Below, piece after piece: positions 47,214 to 56,988 of a stretch of 64,000 nt of DNA. The stretch spans positions 7,328 to 71,327 of the IMG/VR virus record IMGVR_UViG_3300025574_000001; one strand, given 5' to 3'. Every line of letters begins with the position of its first letter. Positions within the stretch are counted from its first letter, which is position 1. The notes beneath the pieces were generated by a model that was not told the origin of the DNA, made no database searches, and saw only the letters and a list, made by a program, of their open reading frames with translations. Source of the DNA: a virus. The position numbers and the translations under genes were made by a program.

Positions 47214-50200
47214 ATGACAATCAACAAGGCCCAAAGTACCGGCACTGGTGCAGGATGGGGTGCGTCACCGATCTCCGTCACGCTGAATAATGTCGCTCCT
47301 GGCAATGCACTGTTTTTTGCAATCAATATCCAGGGCGGCGCGGGACTTGGTGTCTCTGGCATTACGGACAACAACGGCAACACGTGGACCAAGATAATTG
47401 CATTTCCCGATAACACCGGCTATGGCAACCAAGACACAGAGTTGTGGTGGGTCAAAAATAATCAAGTTGGCGGAACGGTAACCCTCTCGGTCGCGTACAC
47501 CGGCACACCCTACGGAACTGTCGGCTCATACAACATCATGGTGTGGTTTGCAGAATTTCCCAATGTAAAAGCGGTGAACACATCTGGACTCGCAACAGGT
47601 ACATCAACTGCACCACTGTCATTGGCGATAGGAAGCAGCACCGGCACTAACACTCTAATAATTTCACTGGCGTCTCTCACAACCCTGAACCTGGGATCAC
47701 CAACCGCGTCACCAACCGCGCCGTGGGTCAATGAAGTAATCCCTGGCAGTGTTGGCAACGACCTGTTCATTGCGTGGCAGGTCATGACGTCGTTTACCTC
47801 AGTTCAAGCGTCATGGACCCTGGCGACCAGTGGTATATGGGCAGTGTGGGCTGTAGCACTCACACCGGAACCATTGTTGTCTGCATCACCACCGCCGCCG
47901 ATTGCATTTGGACCACCGATTGGACCGCCCCCTCTTCGGGCGTGGCTTTTTGGCCCACGAGTTAATTATGATGCGGGTGCAAACGTTGCGACACAAAACG
48001 CTGCGGGTACTTTCGCCGGGACATTCGGCACCACTGGTATCCTTGATGTATTGGTGGCAGGATCATTCTTAGGAACATACACCGATTCAACAAGTCCTCT
48101 CACTATCCCAATCACTGCATCAGTCACATATAATTATTCAACGGTTGCCGCAGTGAACCTTGGTGCTGCGGGTTTGTTCGCTGGTGCATTCACAGAGACA
48201 AGTCAAGTGAACCTTGATGTGGCAGGATCGTTCTTAAGTTCATACACGACGTCAACGAGTGTTCTTACGATTCCCATTACCGCTACCGTCACGTATAACT
48301 ACACATCCACGGGTGTAATCGCGTATGGCGTTGCGGGTTCATTCACCGGGATGTATGCAGCAACGACCAGTGTCCTCACCATGCCGGTCGCTGCTACTGT
48401 CACATATAACTACACAGCAACAGGTGGCATTGCGTTTGGTGTTACAAGCGCTGTGACGTATCTGTATTCCACGACTGCCACTGTCGCGTTGGGCGTCTCA
48501 GGCGTGGCGGCGTACACGTATAGCGCAACTGGTGCGATCATATTCATTGAAGCGGGTACGTTCCTTGGCACGTATTCAACTGCGGCAACAATCGCACTGG
48601 GTGTGAGTGGTGTTGGTGCATACACATACAGCACATCAACAAGTGTCTTAACGTTCAAGATCGCCGGCACTGGTGCATACACGTACAGCACATCCACAAG
48701 CACTCTTGTCTTCTCTCTCACTGGCACTGGTGCATACACATACTCTGCGACTGGTGGTGTTGGGATTGCGGTTACAAGTAGCGTCATGTATAACTACACA
48801 GCCAGTGGTGCGTTGATTCCGCAAGTCACAGGTGTCGTCACATACAACTATTCAGCAACAGGTGCAGTGGCACTTCGCGTGAGTGGCACGTTCACTGGAA
48901 CATATACCACAAGTGGGAATGTTGGGTTAGGTGTTGCTGCGTCAGTGACATACAACTATTCCGCGACAGGCAGTGTGATATTTGTTCTTGCAGGAACAGG
49001 CGCGTATACATTCACAAGCACTGGTGCCATCGCCTATGGAGTGTCTGGTGCTGCGACATATAACTACACCGCGACAGGCGTTGCCACGTACATTGTTAGT
49101 GGCGCATTCACTGGCACGTATTCGACGAGTGCAACTATTGCGATTAGTGTGGGTGCAACATTTGCGGGTACTTATCAAAGTACGGGTCTTGTTGTCTTCC
49201 CAGTGTTGGGAACCTTCGCCGGAACATACACAACCGCGGGTAATGTGTCGGCTGTCACCATCATAGGTGCAAGTCCAGGATTCGTAGGTGCATACACGAC
49301 AGCAACGAGTGGCGTCACGTATGGAGTGACAGGAACGTTTGTCATGTCATACACTTCCAGCACGAGTGTCTTGACCATTCCTATTGCTGGTGTAGGAGCA
49401 TACACTTACACCGCTGCCGGCGTACTGAAAATTCCAATCACTGGCACCACAGCGTACACATTCACAAGTAGTGGTGGTGTGGTCTTCATGCTCACTGGCA
49501 CGTTCGCTGGTTCGTACACATCAACGAGTACTCTTGGAATTAAAGTGTCAGGTGCAGGTGCATACGTCTTCACTAGTAGTGGTGCTGTCATTATCCCAAT
49601 CACAGGTGCGTTCGCTGGTGCATACACAGAGACGAGTCACATTGGTCTGCAAGTTGGTGGAACATTTGCGGGATCATACACAGAGACGAGTCACATCAGT
49701 ATTCAAGTAAGCGGAACGTTTGTGGGATCATACACGTCAACAAGCCAAGTTGGAATTCGAGTAAGCGGAACGTTTACGGGATCATACACATCTACCGCTA
49801 GCGTCACTCTTCATATTGCTGGTGTTGGTGCGTATACATTCACTAGTGTTGGTGCACTCGTCATTCCAGTCATAGGAACATTCACAGGATCATATGCATC
49901 AACCGCAACTGTCACTCTTCATATCGCTGCCACGTTCACTGCATCATATACATCAGTAGGACAAATTGCTATTGGTGTGAGTGCCGGATTCATTGGTTCA
50001 TACACATCAGTTGCAAACATCACCATTCATATTGGCGGAACTGGTGCATACACTTACACTAGTGCTGGTGTTCTTATTGCACTTATCACAAGTACTATTG
50101 CGTATGTGTACACAGGAACAGGAACGGTGATACTGCACGTCACTGGTGGATTCATCGGTTCATATACATCCACTGGGCAAATCAACATCAAAATAAATGC

Positions 50201-50477
50201 AAGTGGCACGTTCACTGGTTCATACACGTCAACCGCGACTGCATCTTTTCTTACTGTCCCAGCGGGTCTGTTCATTGGTCTGTTCATTGGTGCGGGTGTC
50301 CCAAATCGAATTGGTCTTCTTTTCTTCATCGCTGCTACTAGGATGACGAATCGTCAGGCCACGGGAACATACACAATGAATCGTGCAGTGACTGAAACAC
50401 AGATGAAGAGTCGTCAAGCCACAATGACACGTACAACGAATCGCGCAATCGAAAAAATTGAAGACGCTACAATCTAA
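47214..50477 (+). CDS. Giant repetitive fibre-like protein (1087 aa)
   Basis: N-terminal beta domain followed by dozens of 18-19 aa repeats such as VSGTFTGSYTSTASVTLH. Confidence 0.7.
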   Translation: MTINKAQSTGTGAGWGASPISVTLNNVAPGNALFFAINIQGGAGLGVSGITDNNGNTWTKIIAFPDNTGYGNQDTELWWVKNNQVGGTVTLSVAYTGTPYGTVGSYNIMVWFAEFPNVKAVNTSGLATGTSTAPLSLAIGSSTGTNTLIISLASLTTLNLGSPTASPTAPWVNEVIPGSVGNDLFIAWQVMTSFTSVQASWTLATSGIWAVWAVALTPEPLLSASPPPPIAFGPPIGPPPLRAWLFGPRVNYDAGANVATQNAAGTFAGTFGTTGILDVLVAGSFLGTYTDSTSPLTIPITASVTYNYSTVAAVNLGAAGLFAGAFTETSQVNLDVAGSFLSSYTTSTSVLTIPITATVTYNYTSTGVIAYGVAGSFTGMYAATTSVLTMPVAATVTYNYTATGGIAFGVTSAVTYLYSTTATVALGVSGVAAYTYSATGAIIFIEAGTFLGTYSTAATIALGVSGVGAYTYSTSTSVLTFKIAGTGAYTYSTSTSTLVFSLTGTGAYTYSATGGVGIAVTSSVMYNYTASGALIPQVTGVVTYNYSATGAVALRVSGTFTGTYTTSGNVGLGVAASVTYNYSATGSVIFVLAGTGAYTFTSTGAIAYGVSGAATYNYTATGVATYIVSGAFTGTYSTSATIAISVGATFAGTYQSTGLVVFPVLGTFAGTYTTAGNVSAVTIIGASPGFVGAYTTATSGVTYGVTGTFVMSYTSSTSVLTIPIAGVGAYTYTAAGVLKIPITGTTAYTFTSSGGVVFMLTGTFAGSYTSTSTLGIKVSGAGAYVFTSSGAVIIPITGAFAGAYTETSHIGLQVGGTFAGSYTETSHISIQVSGTFVGSYTSTSQVGIRVSGTFTGSYTSTASVTLHIAGVGAYTFTSVGALVIPVIGTFTGSYASTATVTLHIAATFTASYTSVGQIAIGVSAGFIGSYTSVANITIHIGGTGAYTYTSAGVLIALITSTIAYVYTGTGTVILHVTGGFIGSYTSTGQINIKINASGTFTGSYTSTATASFLTVPAGLFIGLFIGAGVPNRIGLLFFIAATRMTNRQATGTYTMNRAVTETQMKSRQATMTRTTNRAIEKIEDATI

Positions 50478-50493
50478 ATGAAGCGAGGACACA

Positions 50494-50862
50494 GTGGCTA
50501 TTACATATCTTGAAGACAATGTGATTGAATTTGAGATGGTGTTTGTCGACCCTGACAATAATGATGCTCCTGTCGATCCTACTGTTGTGACTGCACAATT
50601 TTGGTTTTCACCTGACACTGTCACTGCGTACACTGCATACGGTTCAGTGATCACATATGCCGGTGCTATCATATCCGCAGTGAACGTCATCAGTCGTATG
50701 TTGAATGCCGATGGTGTGTATTGCTATCGTGTGAGGTTCGATACCACTGGTCTTCCTATTCCTGTAGGTGTGCAATACGCTGGTGCACTATGTAAATGGA
50801 AGTCAACAGGTTCAGGACAAGCGGCGGACAACGACTATGCTCTTATCGAAACAAACAACTAA
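50494..50862 (+). CDS. Ig/BppU-like structural protein
   Basis: FVDPDNNDAPVDPTVV...GVYCYRVRFDTTG. GTG start with a GAGGA RBS. Confidence 0.55.
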   Translation: MAITYLEDNVIEFEMVFVDPDNNDAPVDPTVVTAQFWFSPDTVTAYTAYGSVITYAGAIISAVNVISRMLNADGVYCYRVRFDTTGLPIPVGVQYAGALCKWKSTGSGQAADNDYALIETNN

Positions 50863-50868
50863 GGAGAT

Positions 50869-51069
50869 ATGATGTCAAAAGTTAAGGGTGGTAAAAGCCG
50901 AGGTAAGGGTGGCGGCGCAAAAGTCGTCAATGACACCACACAGGCTGGTAAGGGCAAGGGCAAGGCGACCAAGGCAATCGGAACGAACAAGGATCCTGCG
51001 GGCGGCACACCCGACGGCAACACAACTCCCGCAGTGAAGAAGGGTGCACTGGGCGCAGGAAAAGAATAA
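50869..51069 (+). CDS. Small basic Gly/Lys-rich protein
   Basis: AAGGAG RBS and a Lys/Gly-rich composition. Confidence 0.55.
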   Translation: MMSKVKGGKSRGKGGGAKVVNDTTQAGKGKGKATKAIGTNKDPAGGTPDGNTTPAVKKGALGAGKE

Positions 51070-51109
51070 CGTCACTTTGCTATAGTGCGAACTACCAGGA
51101 GGTGATGTA

Positions 51110-51793
51110 GTGACGGCGTGTACCAACCCAGCGGTGGTTCGCGATGAGAACGGCGAAACGAAACGCGACATCCTCACCGGTGAACCGCTGACGCGTGAGT
51201 GTCGTCACCACGCACTGATTGGAACTGACCCACCTAAGTGTTTGCAGCACGCGTCACCGATGGAACGTCAGAAGCGAATGCAAGACACGTTCATGGCGCG
51301 ACATAGCAAGGACGTCTTACAACTTCTGCAAGCACTTGACATTCCTGATCTCAATCCTATGGATGGGTTGCTTGAGGCTGTTCGTGTGAGTGGTGGCATG
51401 ATGCGAATGTTCCAAGTGTTGGTCAGTGAACTTCCAGAAGGTCCACGTGTTGAAAACAAACTTATCGATGGTATCATGACCGAGGTTGTGACATCAGGTG
51501 TATGGGGATACGACCACAACATGGACCAAGCGCCTCACGTACTCATGAATCTTTTAACGATGTGGACCGACCGTTACACACGTGCATGCAAGATGGCGAT
51601 TGACGCGGGTCTCGATGAACGCCTCGTGCGCAACGCAGAAGTTACAAGTAACACACTCCTTGGTGCGTTCGACCGTGCGCTTAAGGCAGTGAACTTGACT
51701 GAGGAAGCACAGATGGCGATTAAGCAAGCGATGGCACAAGAAATTCGCAAAGCAGTGTCACCACAATCAACCCCTATGGAGGTTTCAGCATGA
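51110..51793 (+). CDS. terS: Terminase small subunit (putative)
   Basis: WTDRYTRACKMAIDAGLDERLVRNAE resembles actinophage TerS. GCTATAGT promoter-like motif at 51079 and a CAGGAGG RBS. Confidence 0.6.
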   Translation: MTACTNPAVVRDENGETKRDILTGEPLTRECRHHALIGTDPPKCLQHASPMERQKRMQDTFMARHSKDVLQLLQALDIPDLNPMDGLLEAVRVSGGMMRMFQVLVSELPEGPRVENKLIDGIMTEVVTSGVWGYDHNMDQAPHVLMNLLTMWTDRYTRACKMAIDAGLDERLVRNAEVTSNTLLGAFDRALKAVNLTEEAQMAIKQAMAQEIRKAVSPQSTPMEVSA

Positions 51794-52263
51794 GTATGAA
51801 CCCACTCAATCCGGTGGAAACGAATACACCGCTTACACCCGCACCACCCTGGGGGCGTGGTGTGACAGCGGATGCACAACTTGCCGCCACGTCAGAGATG
51901 GTGAACTACGCAAAATCCGGCGCAGTGGTTCCTGCAGGCACCACAATTTCAAAGACGTTCGACTTGAATGTTGATGAATCGTATGAATCACAGTTAGTTC
52001 TCGATGTCAACATCACCGCAGTATCGGGTGGCGACACATTGACTGTGCAAATCAATGGTAAGAATTCAGATGGCACCACATATCCGATCCTCACCAGTGC
52101 TGCACTTGCCGCTGTTGCTGTCACCACATTGCGCGTGGGTGCAGGATTCACTCCTGCGGCAAACCTTGCGGCGAATGACATGCTGCCCAATGACATACAA
52201 GTTGTTTGCACTGTGGCGGGCGGTGGTGCAATCGCGTATGGTGTTGACTTGGAAATTGGTTGA
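51790..52263 (+). CDS. Hypothetical beta-sandwich (possible virion) protein
   Basis: LVLDVNITAVSGGDTLTVQINGK...YPILTSAAL. Confidence 0.55.
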   Translation: MSMNPLNPVETNTPLTPAPPWGRGVTADAQLAATSEMVNYAKSGAVVPAGTTISKTFDLNVDESYESQLVLDVNITAVSGGDTLTVQINGKNSDGTTYPILTSAALAAVAVTTLRVGAGFTPAANLAANDMLPNDIQVVCTVAGGGAIAYGVDLEIG

Positions 52264-52883
52264 CAGTGACAACGGAACCGACTAACGGCGGCGCACCACC
52301 CCGCATTGACCCAACGGTTGTTACCAAAGAAGCAATCGACATGGCGAAGGAAGACCTACGTCGTGAGATAGCCGCAAGCAAAGAACTTACTGACTTATCG
52401 AGAGATTCACTTCGCACCGAAGTCATGAGCGACATTCGTCGTGTGAATGATGTGGCCGACCAAAAGTTCGACAGTGTTGCACAACGATTTGAGGAACGTG
52501 AAATACGATTCAATACTGCAGTAAGAGAAAATCGAGTCGCGTTGGATACTGCCCTTGCTGCAGCGAAGGAGGCGGTTGAAGTGCAGAATAAATCAGATGC
52601 ATTGAGTATCACTAAAGCCGAGGTCGCGACACAGAAGCAAATCGACGCACTCGTGGAACTCTTCAACACGCGCACCGATTCACTCAACATTCAAATCGGT
52701 GACGTGAAGAGTCGGCTCGACCGTGGCGAAGGCACGGTACACGGTGAAGATAAATCTGCTGCACAACTGACTGCTGAGAAAGCGCAAGCCACTGCAAAAA
52801 CAAGTATGTTTATTGCTGCGGTTGGTGGTGCAGCATACCTCATCTATCTCGTTCTTGCAATTTCAACGAAAGGAAAGTTCTAA
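52260..52883 (+). CDS. Coiled-coil protein with a C-terminal transmembrane helix
   Basis: Heptad-rich body ending in MFIAAVGGAAYLIYLVLAI. Typical of lysis-cassette membrane genes. Confidence 0.6.
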   Translation: MTVTTEPTNGGAPPRIDPTVVTKEAIDMAKEDLRREIAASKELTDLSRDSLRTEVMSDIRRVNDVADQKFDSVAQRFEEREIRFNTAVRENRVALDTALAAAKEAVEVQNKSDALSITKAEVATQKQIDALVELFNTRTDSLNIQIGDVKSRLDRGEGTVHGEDKSAAQLTAEKAQATAKTSMFIAAVGGAAYLIYLVLAISTKGKF

Positions 52884-52954
52884 TGTACATAGGTGGCGGA
52901 TTAATCGTTCTCATTCTCATCGTTGTGTTAATCGTTTTTCTTGTTCGACACTAA
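52883..52954 (+). CDS. 23-aa membrane peptide
   Basis: MYIGGGLIVLILIVVLIVFLVRH. TAATG coupling. Confidence 0.55.
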   Translation: MYIGGGLIVLILIVVLIVFLVRH

Positions 52955-52964
52955 AGGAGGCATC

Positions 52965-53159
52965 ATGACCACCACAGAGCCAACGCCTACACGACGACGT
53001 GGACCTATTCGATACTTCTTGGTCATCGGTGCAGTCCTTGTCGTTCTTGCTGGTTGTGTTGCGGATCATGCACACTTACACTTCGGTTGGAACGTGTATT
53101 TGTGCAGCGGCATTGTTGCTGTGATTCTCGATAAGATTTTTCCTAACGCTTCAGTCTGA
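52965..53159 (+). CDS. Holin-like two-TM protein
   Basis: Two hydrophobic helices, an AAGGAGG RBS, and position next to the peptidase gene. Confidence 0.55.
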   Translation: MTTTEPTPTRRRGPIRYFLVIGAVLVVLAGCVADHAHLHFGWNVYLCSGIVAVILDKIFPNASV

Positions 53160-53170
53160 CAAGGAGACAC

Positions 53171-54322
53171 GTGATGAAGATTTTTGAACGCGGGTTGTTA
53201 CCGTTTGACCCAGTGAAGCACGCGCTTCGTAAATCAACACTCGATTATGGGTTCACATTCCCGGTACCAATGTATCCGATTGATAAGTCAGGTGGCATCA
53301 CTGACTTTGGTATGGGTGGCAACGGACCTGACCCAACGCTGACTGTCAACAAAGGACAACCCGTAGGTGACTGTGGACCGAATGCAGTACCGAAAAACGC
53401 CAACTTAGTTGACGCAGTTCTCACGGGACTTGCGGTAACTGATTACACAATGACATCAGATGAAATCGTTACTCTCTATTTTGAGTACACGGGTGGACAA
53501 GATACTGGTGTTGACTTGGGCGATTGGCTTATGTGGCTCTTCAAGAAGGGTCTTATCAAAGGGTTCGTGAAATTGAATCTTAGCGATATGGACGCTGCAC
53601 TTGCACTGGGTTTCGCGGTCGTCGTTGGTGTGAGTCTTAATCGACTCGCCGATGATCAAGTTATCCAAGGTGTTCCTTGGGACGTTGGTCCCGGTGATGA
53701 ACCCGACCCAAATGAAGGTCACGCGATTCTTCGACTCGCGGCTGAGAGTGCGACAGGAAATCGAACGTGGGCGTCATGGGGTCAACGAGTTATATCAACA
53801 TATGACTGGGACCAAGCATGTGTGCAAGAAGCGTTCGGTGTTGTGACGAATCCTGATGCACTTGAGAAAAATGGTTTCCCGGTCGCTGCATTAATTGCTG
53901 ACCTCGTTGCGGATAGCGGTACTGTTGCATCACTCCCTGCCGAAGTACTGAGATTAGAGAGTCCCAGCGTTGTAGCACTTGCACCAGTGACGCCACTGCA
54001 ACCGAATGTCGTGAAGGCGATTGTGCGAAGTATCATGCCATTCATTATCTCAGCATTCGTGGCTGTGTGCATTCATTTCGGTTATCACCCAACTGCACAG
54101 ACCATCACCTGGGTTCTTGGTGCGGGTGGCGGTGGATTGACTATTCTCTTACATCTCCTTGAGAAAAAATGGCCGATGGTTGGAATTCTGTTGGGGTACA
54201 TTGGTGCTCCTGTCTACACTCCACCAAAGAGAGTGTTGCAATCGAATAAGATAAGTCAGTTGGAAACACAAGTGGCGACTCTTACTGATACTGTCAACGC
54301 TCTACGACGCGGAGGCACATGA
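53171..54322 (+). CDS. Papain-like cysteine peptidase with C-terminal membrane segments (possible endolysin)
   Basis: GQPVGDCGPNAV (Cys), EGHAIL (His) and WASWG; then two or three TM helices and a coiled coil. Confidence 0.6.
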   Translation: MMKIFERGLLPFDPVKHALRKSTLDYGFTFPVPMYPIDKSGGITDFGMGGNGPDPTLTVNKGQPVGDCGPNAVPKNANLVDAVLTGLAVTDYTMTSDEIVTLYFEYTGGQDTGVDLGDWLMWLFKKGLIKGFVKLNLSDMDAALALGFAVVVGVSLNRLADDQVIQGVPWDVGPGDEPDPNEGHAILRLAAESATGNRTWASWGQRVISTYDWDQACVQEAFGVVTNPDALEKNGFPVAALIADLVADSGTVASLPAEVLRLESPSVVALAPVTPLQPNVVKAIVRSIMPFIISAFVAVCIHFGYHPTAQTITWVLGAGGGGLTILLHLLEKKWPMVGILLGYIGAPVYTPPKRVLQSNKISQLETQVATLTDTVNALRRGGT

Positions 54323-55017
54323 CGAACGACCGAATGATACTTATCGTCCCACCATTTACAATCAAGTGGTTTGGACCGGGTGAACACTGCACTGATGCGG
54401 TGGATGCTGACTTGTTGCTTATAGATCATGGCACATGGGAAGATCGTGCTATTGAATATGCACAAGACGCACTCTTGCTAACGGAACCTGAACTCAAGGG
54501 TTATACATGGTGCGCGCATAACGCGATTATCCGAGGTAAGAACGCAGAAGATCGCACGATGGTCAGTGGGATGGGTCCAGGTGGTTACGAACGCCGACCA
54601 CTCTACGATTACAAGCATCACCTCTACGCTGTGATTCACTTCGAAGTCAATGAAGACCTTCGTGCGAATGCAGTGCAGTATGACGAGGCATGTGTTAACC
54701 TCGATTATGGGTGGTCACAGTACTTGTTCATTGGTGTTGATGATCTCACAGGTGTTAAGTTGGCGTGCTCTTGTGGTGGTGCTATCATCTGCTCAACACA
54801 CGCAACATTGGTGGAGATGGGTCTTGGGTTGTTTCCTGACCGTCCGCCCAGTCTTGTCGTCCCTGCACGTATGGCGTTGTGGTGCGATGCAAAGGTACCT
54901 CACGGGATAGTCGTTGGTCCACCAACATCAATCATCGTGACGCCAGGGATACCGCGCAACAACGTAGGACCACCTACTACGATAATCGTGACTCCCGGAA
55001 TTCCCCGAGAGAATTAA
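54319..55017 (+). CDS. Permuted papain-like (YaeF/YiiX-type) amidase
   Basis: AHNAII (His) precedes DYGWSQYL and IICSTHA (Cys), the permuted NlpC/P60 order. Confidence 0.6.
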   Translation: MTNDRMILIVPPFTIKWFGPGEHCTDAVDADLLLIDHGTWEDRAIEYAQDALLLTEPELKGYTWCAHNAIIRGKNAEDRTMVSGMGPGGYERRPLYDYKHHLYAVIHFEVNEDLRANAVQYDEACVNLDYGWSQYLFIGVDDLTGVKLACSCGGAIICSTHATLVEMGLGLFPDRPPSLVVPARMALWCDAKVPHGIVVGPPTSIIVTPGIPRNNVGPPTTIIVTPGIPREN

Positions 55018-55035
55018 CAGAGATAGGAAAGACAC

Positions 55036-55362
55036 ATGGCTGATTTCATTCTTGGCGATGGCCAAAACGTCGACCTCGGAATTGTACCCGGGACGGACGC
55101 TGCAGGCAACCCGACCACGGCACCATTTGACGCGGGCTCGGTAACGGCGACGTTGCCCGAGGCCACGAACCTTGTGGCGACTGTGAGTGCGGACCAGACG
55201 TCAATCAACGTGAAGGCCGAAGGCCCACTCGTTGTTGACGATGTCCTCACCATCTCGGGAACAGTGAACGGAGTACCCGTCACTGCCGATTTCCCGTTCG
55301 ATGTGGACGCCGAAGCGCCGACCACCATCACGGTCACGCCCGGTACGCCGAACGCGAACTAA
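55036..55362 (+). CDS. Small acidic Ig-like protein
   Basis: 108 aa, beta-rich, ending in PTTITVTPGTPNAN. Confidence 0.6.
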   Translation: MADFILGDGQNVDLGIVPGTDAAGNPTTAPFDAGSVTATLPEATNLVATVSADQTSINVKAEGPLVVDDVLTISGTVNGVPVTADFPFDVDAEAPTTITVTPGTPNAN

Positions 55363-55371
55363 AGGTCGTGT

Positions 55372-55409
55372 CGACAGGTCAGTGTTTCTTGGGACGCACT
55401 GGCCTGTCG
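55372..55409 (+). terminator. Stem-loop / possible terminator
   Basis: 13-bp stem CGACAGGTCAGTG / CACTGGCCTGTCG with one G-U pair. Weak U tract. Confidence 0.55.
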
Positions 55410-55422
55410 GCTCTTCACTTAA

Positions 55423-56979
55423 ATGACGAATGCCCTTTCACTCTTTGCTGACAGACTTGACCCACCAGAGTCTCAGTATCTATTTCACCCTGAAAGATGG
55501 GTGCAAGATCGACTAGGTGAACACCTTTGGTCGAAGCAAATTGAGATGCACAATGCAGTCGTTCATCATCGTCACGTTGCTGTGCAGTCGTGCAACGACG
55601 TTGGCAAATCATTTGGGATGGCGCGACTTGCGGCCTGGTGGATTGAAGAACACGCACCCGGTGAAGCATTCGTTATCACCACTGCACCAACATGGTCGCA
55701 GGTGTCCGCGATTCTCTGGCGTGAACTTGCACGTGCACACAAGAAAGGAAAACTCCGTGGCCGCATCACTAGCATGTGCGAATGGAAACTTGACATGGGT
55801 GGTGGGCCAGATGAACTTGTCGCCTATGGCCGAAAGCCTGCGGACTATGATGCAGCCGGCTTCCTTGGAATTCACCAACGATACGTACTTGTCATTATCG
55901 ATGAAGGTGGAGGAGTCCCACAAGCCATCTATGACGCTGCTGAATCACTAGCAACGAATGAGTATGCACGCATCGTTGCAGTAGGAAACCCAGATGATCC
56001 TTCAAGTTACTTCGCAAAAGTCTGCGCACCCGGGAGTGGGTGGCACAACATTCGTATTGACTCGTTTGAAAGTCCAAACTTCACAGCGGCTGAAGTGAAC
56101 AAGTATCCAGAGGTGCGTTCACTGATGATTCGTGAAGGTATTGTACCAACGACTGAAGCAATCCCAGCCGATGTACGGGACCTCTTGTTGTCACCACTCT
56201 GGGTGAGTGAGCGAATTAAGCGATGGGGTATTGGGAGTCCTTTGTTTGAATCACGTGTGCGAGGTCGATTCCCTTTGATCACCAACAACACACTTATCCA
56301 ACCTCACTGGGTTGCGTTGGCGTGTTCACGTGACCTCATACCAGTCGCCACAGACCAAACCCTGGGCGTTGACGTTGCGAGGTATGGAACTGACCACAGC
56401 ATCATTCTGCATCGTCAGGGTGGTGTTGCGCGTGTTGTCGAAGACATCGCATACGGACCTGTGACAGAACTAGCGGGACGTGTTCAAATCCTCGGGCAAA
56501 CGTTGGGTGGAATGGTGCGACCCATTGCGAACATTGACGACACGGGTGTTGGTGGTGGTGTGACAGACATTCTTCGTGAAGATGGGTATCCTTGCATTGG
56601 ACTCATATCATCAGCCGCGTGTAGTCCGCAAGAAGTGTTAGAAGGGACAGGAAAGCCGAGGTTCGCAAATGCACGTAGTGAATGGTGGTGGAGGTTACGT
56701 GAGTGGCTTGCAGGCGTAAGCGGTACTGGAAACGATGGGCGTTTAGACCTCGACCCAGAAGACGAAGATCTTCAAGCACAGATCACTGGAATTCGTTACA
56801 AGATAAATCGTCATGGGCAAATACAAGTCGAGTCAAAAGATGAAATGAAACATCGCGGACTGCCCAGCCCAGACAGAGGGGACTCGTTGGTTTATTCGTT
56901 AGTTCCAACTGAAACGACTGATGGTGTTGCGATACTGGATGACATGGTGATGCATGACGTCTTAGATATGAGATGGTAA
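55423..56979 (+). CDS. terL: Terminase large subunit
   Basis: SCNDVGKS Walker A, IIDEGGG Walker B, VGNP, LGVDVARYGTD and SPDRGDS nuclease motifs. Confidence 0.93.
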   Translation: MTNALSLFADRLDPPESQYLFHPERWVQDRLGEHLWSKQIEMHNAVVHHRHVAVQSCNDVGKSFGMARLAAWWIEEHAPGEAFVITTAPTWSQVSAILWRELARAHKKGKLRGRITSMCEWKLDMGGGPDELVAYGRKPADYDAAGFLGIHQRYVLVIIDEGGGVPQAIYDAAESLATNEYARIVAVGNPDDPSSYFAKVCAPGSGWHNIRIDSFESPNFTAAEVNKYPEVRSLMIREGIVPTTEAIPADVRDLLLSPLWVSERIKRWGIGSPLFESRVRGRFPLITNNTLIQPHWVALACSRDLIPVATDQTLGVDVARYGTDHSIILHRQGGVARVVEDIAYGPVTELAGRVQILGQTLGGMVRPIANIDDTGVGGGVTDILREDGYPCIGLISSAACSPQEVLEGTGKPRFANARSEWWWRLREWLAGVSGTGNDGRLDLDPEDEDLQAQITGIRYKINRHGQIQVESKDEMKHRGLPSPDRGDSLVYSLVPTETTDGVAILDDMVMHDVLDMRW

Positions 56980-56988
56980 TCTAAAACC

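Noticed and set aside
52148-52690. 180-aa minus-strand ORF (also 27517-28161 minus, 25982-26539 plus, 31578-31913 plus)
   Set aside because: These are shadows of better-supported coupled genes with RBSs on the other strand or frame.
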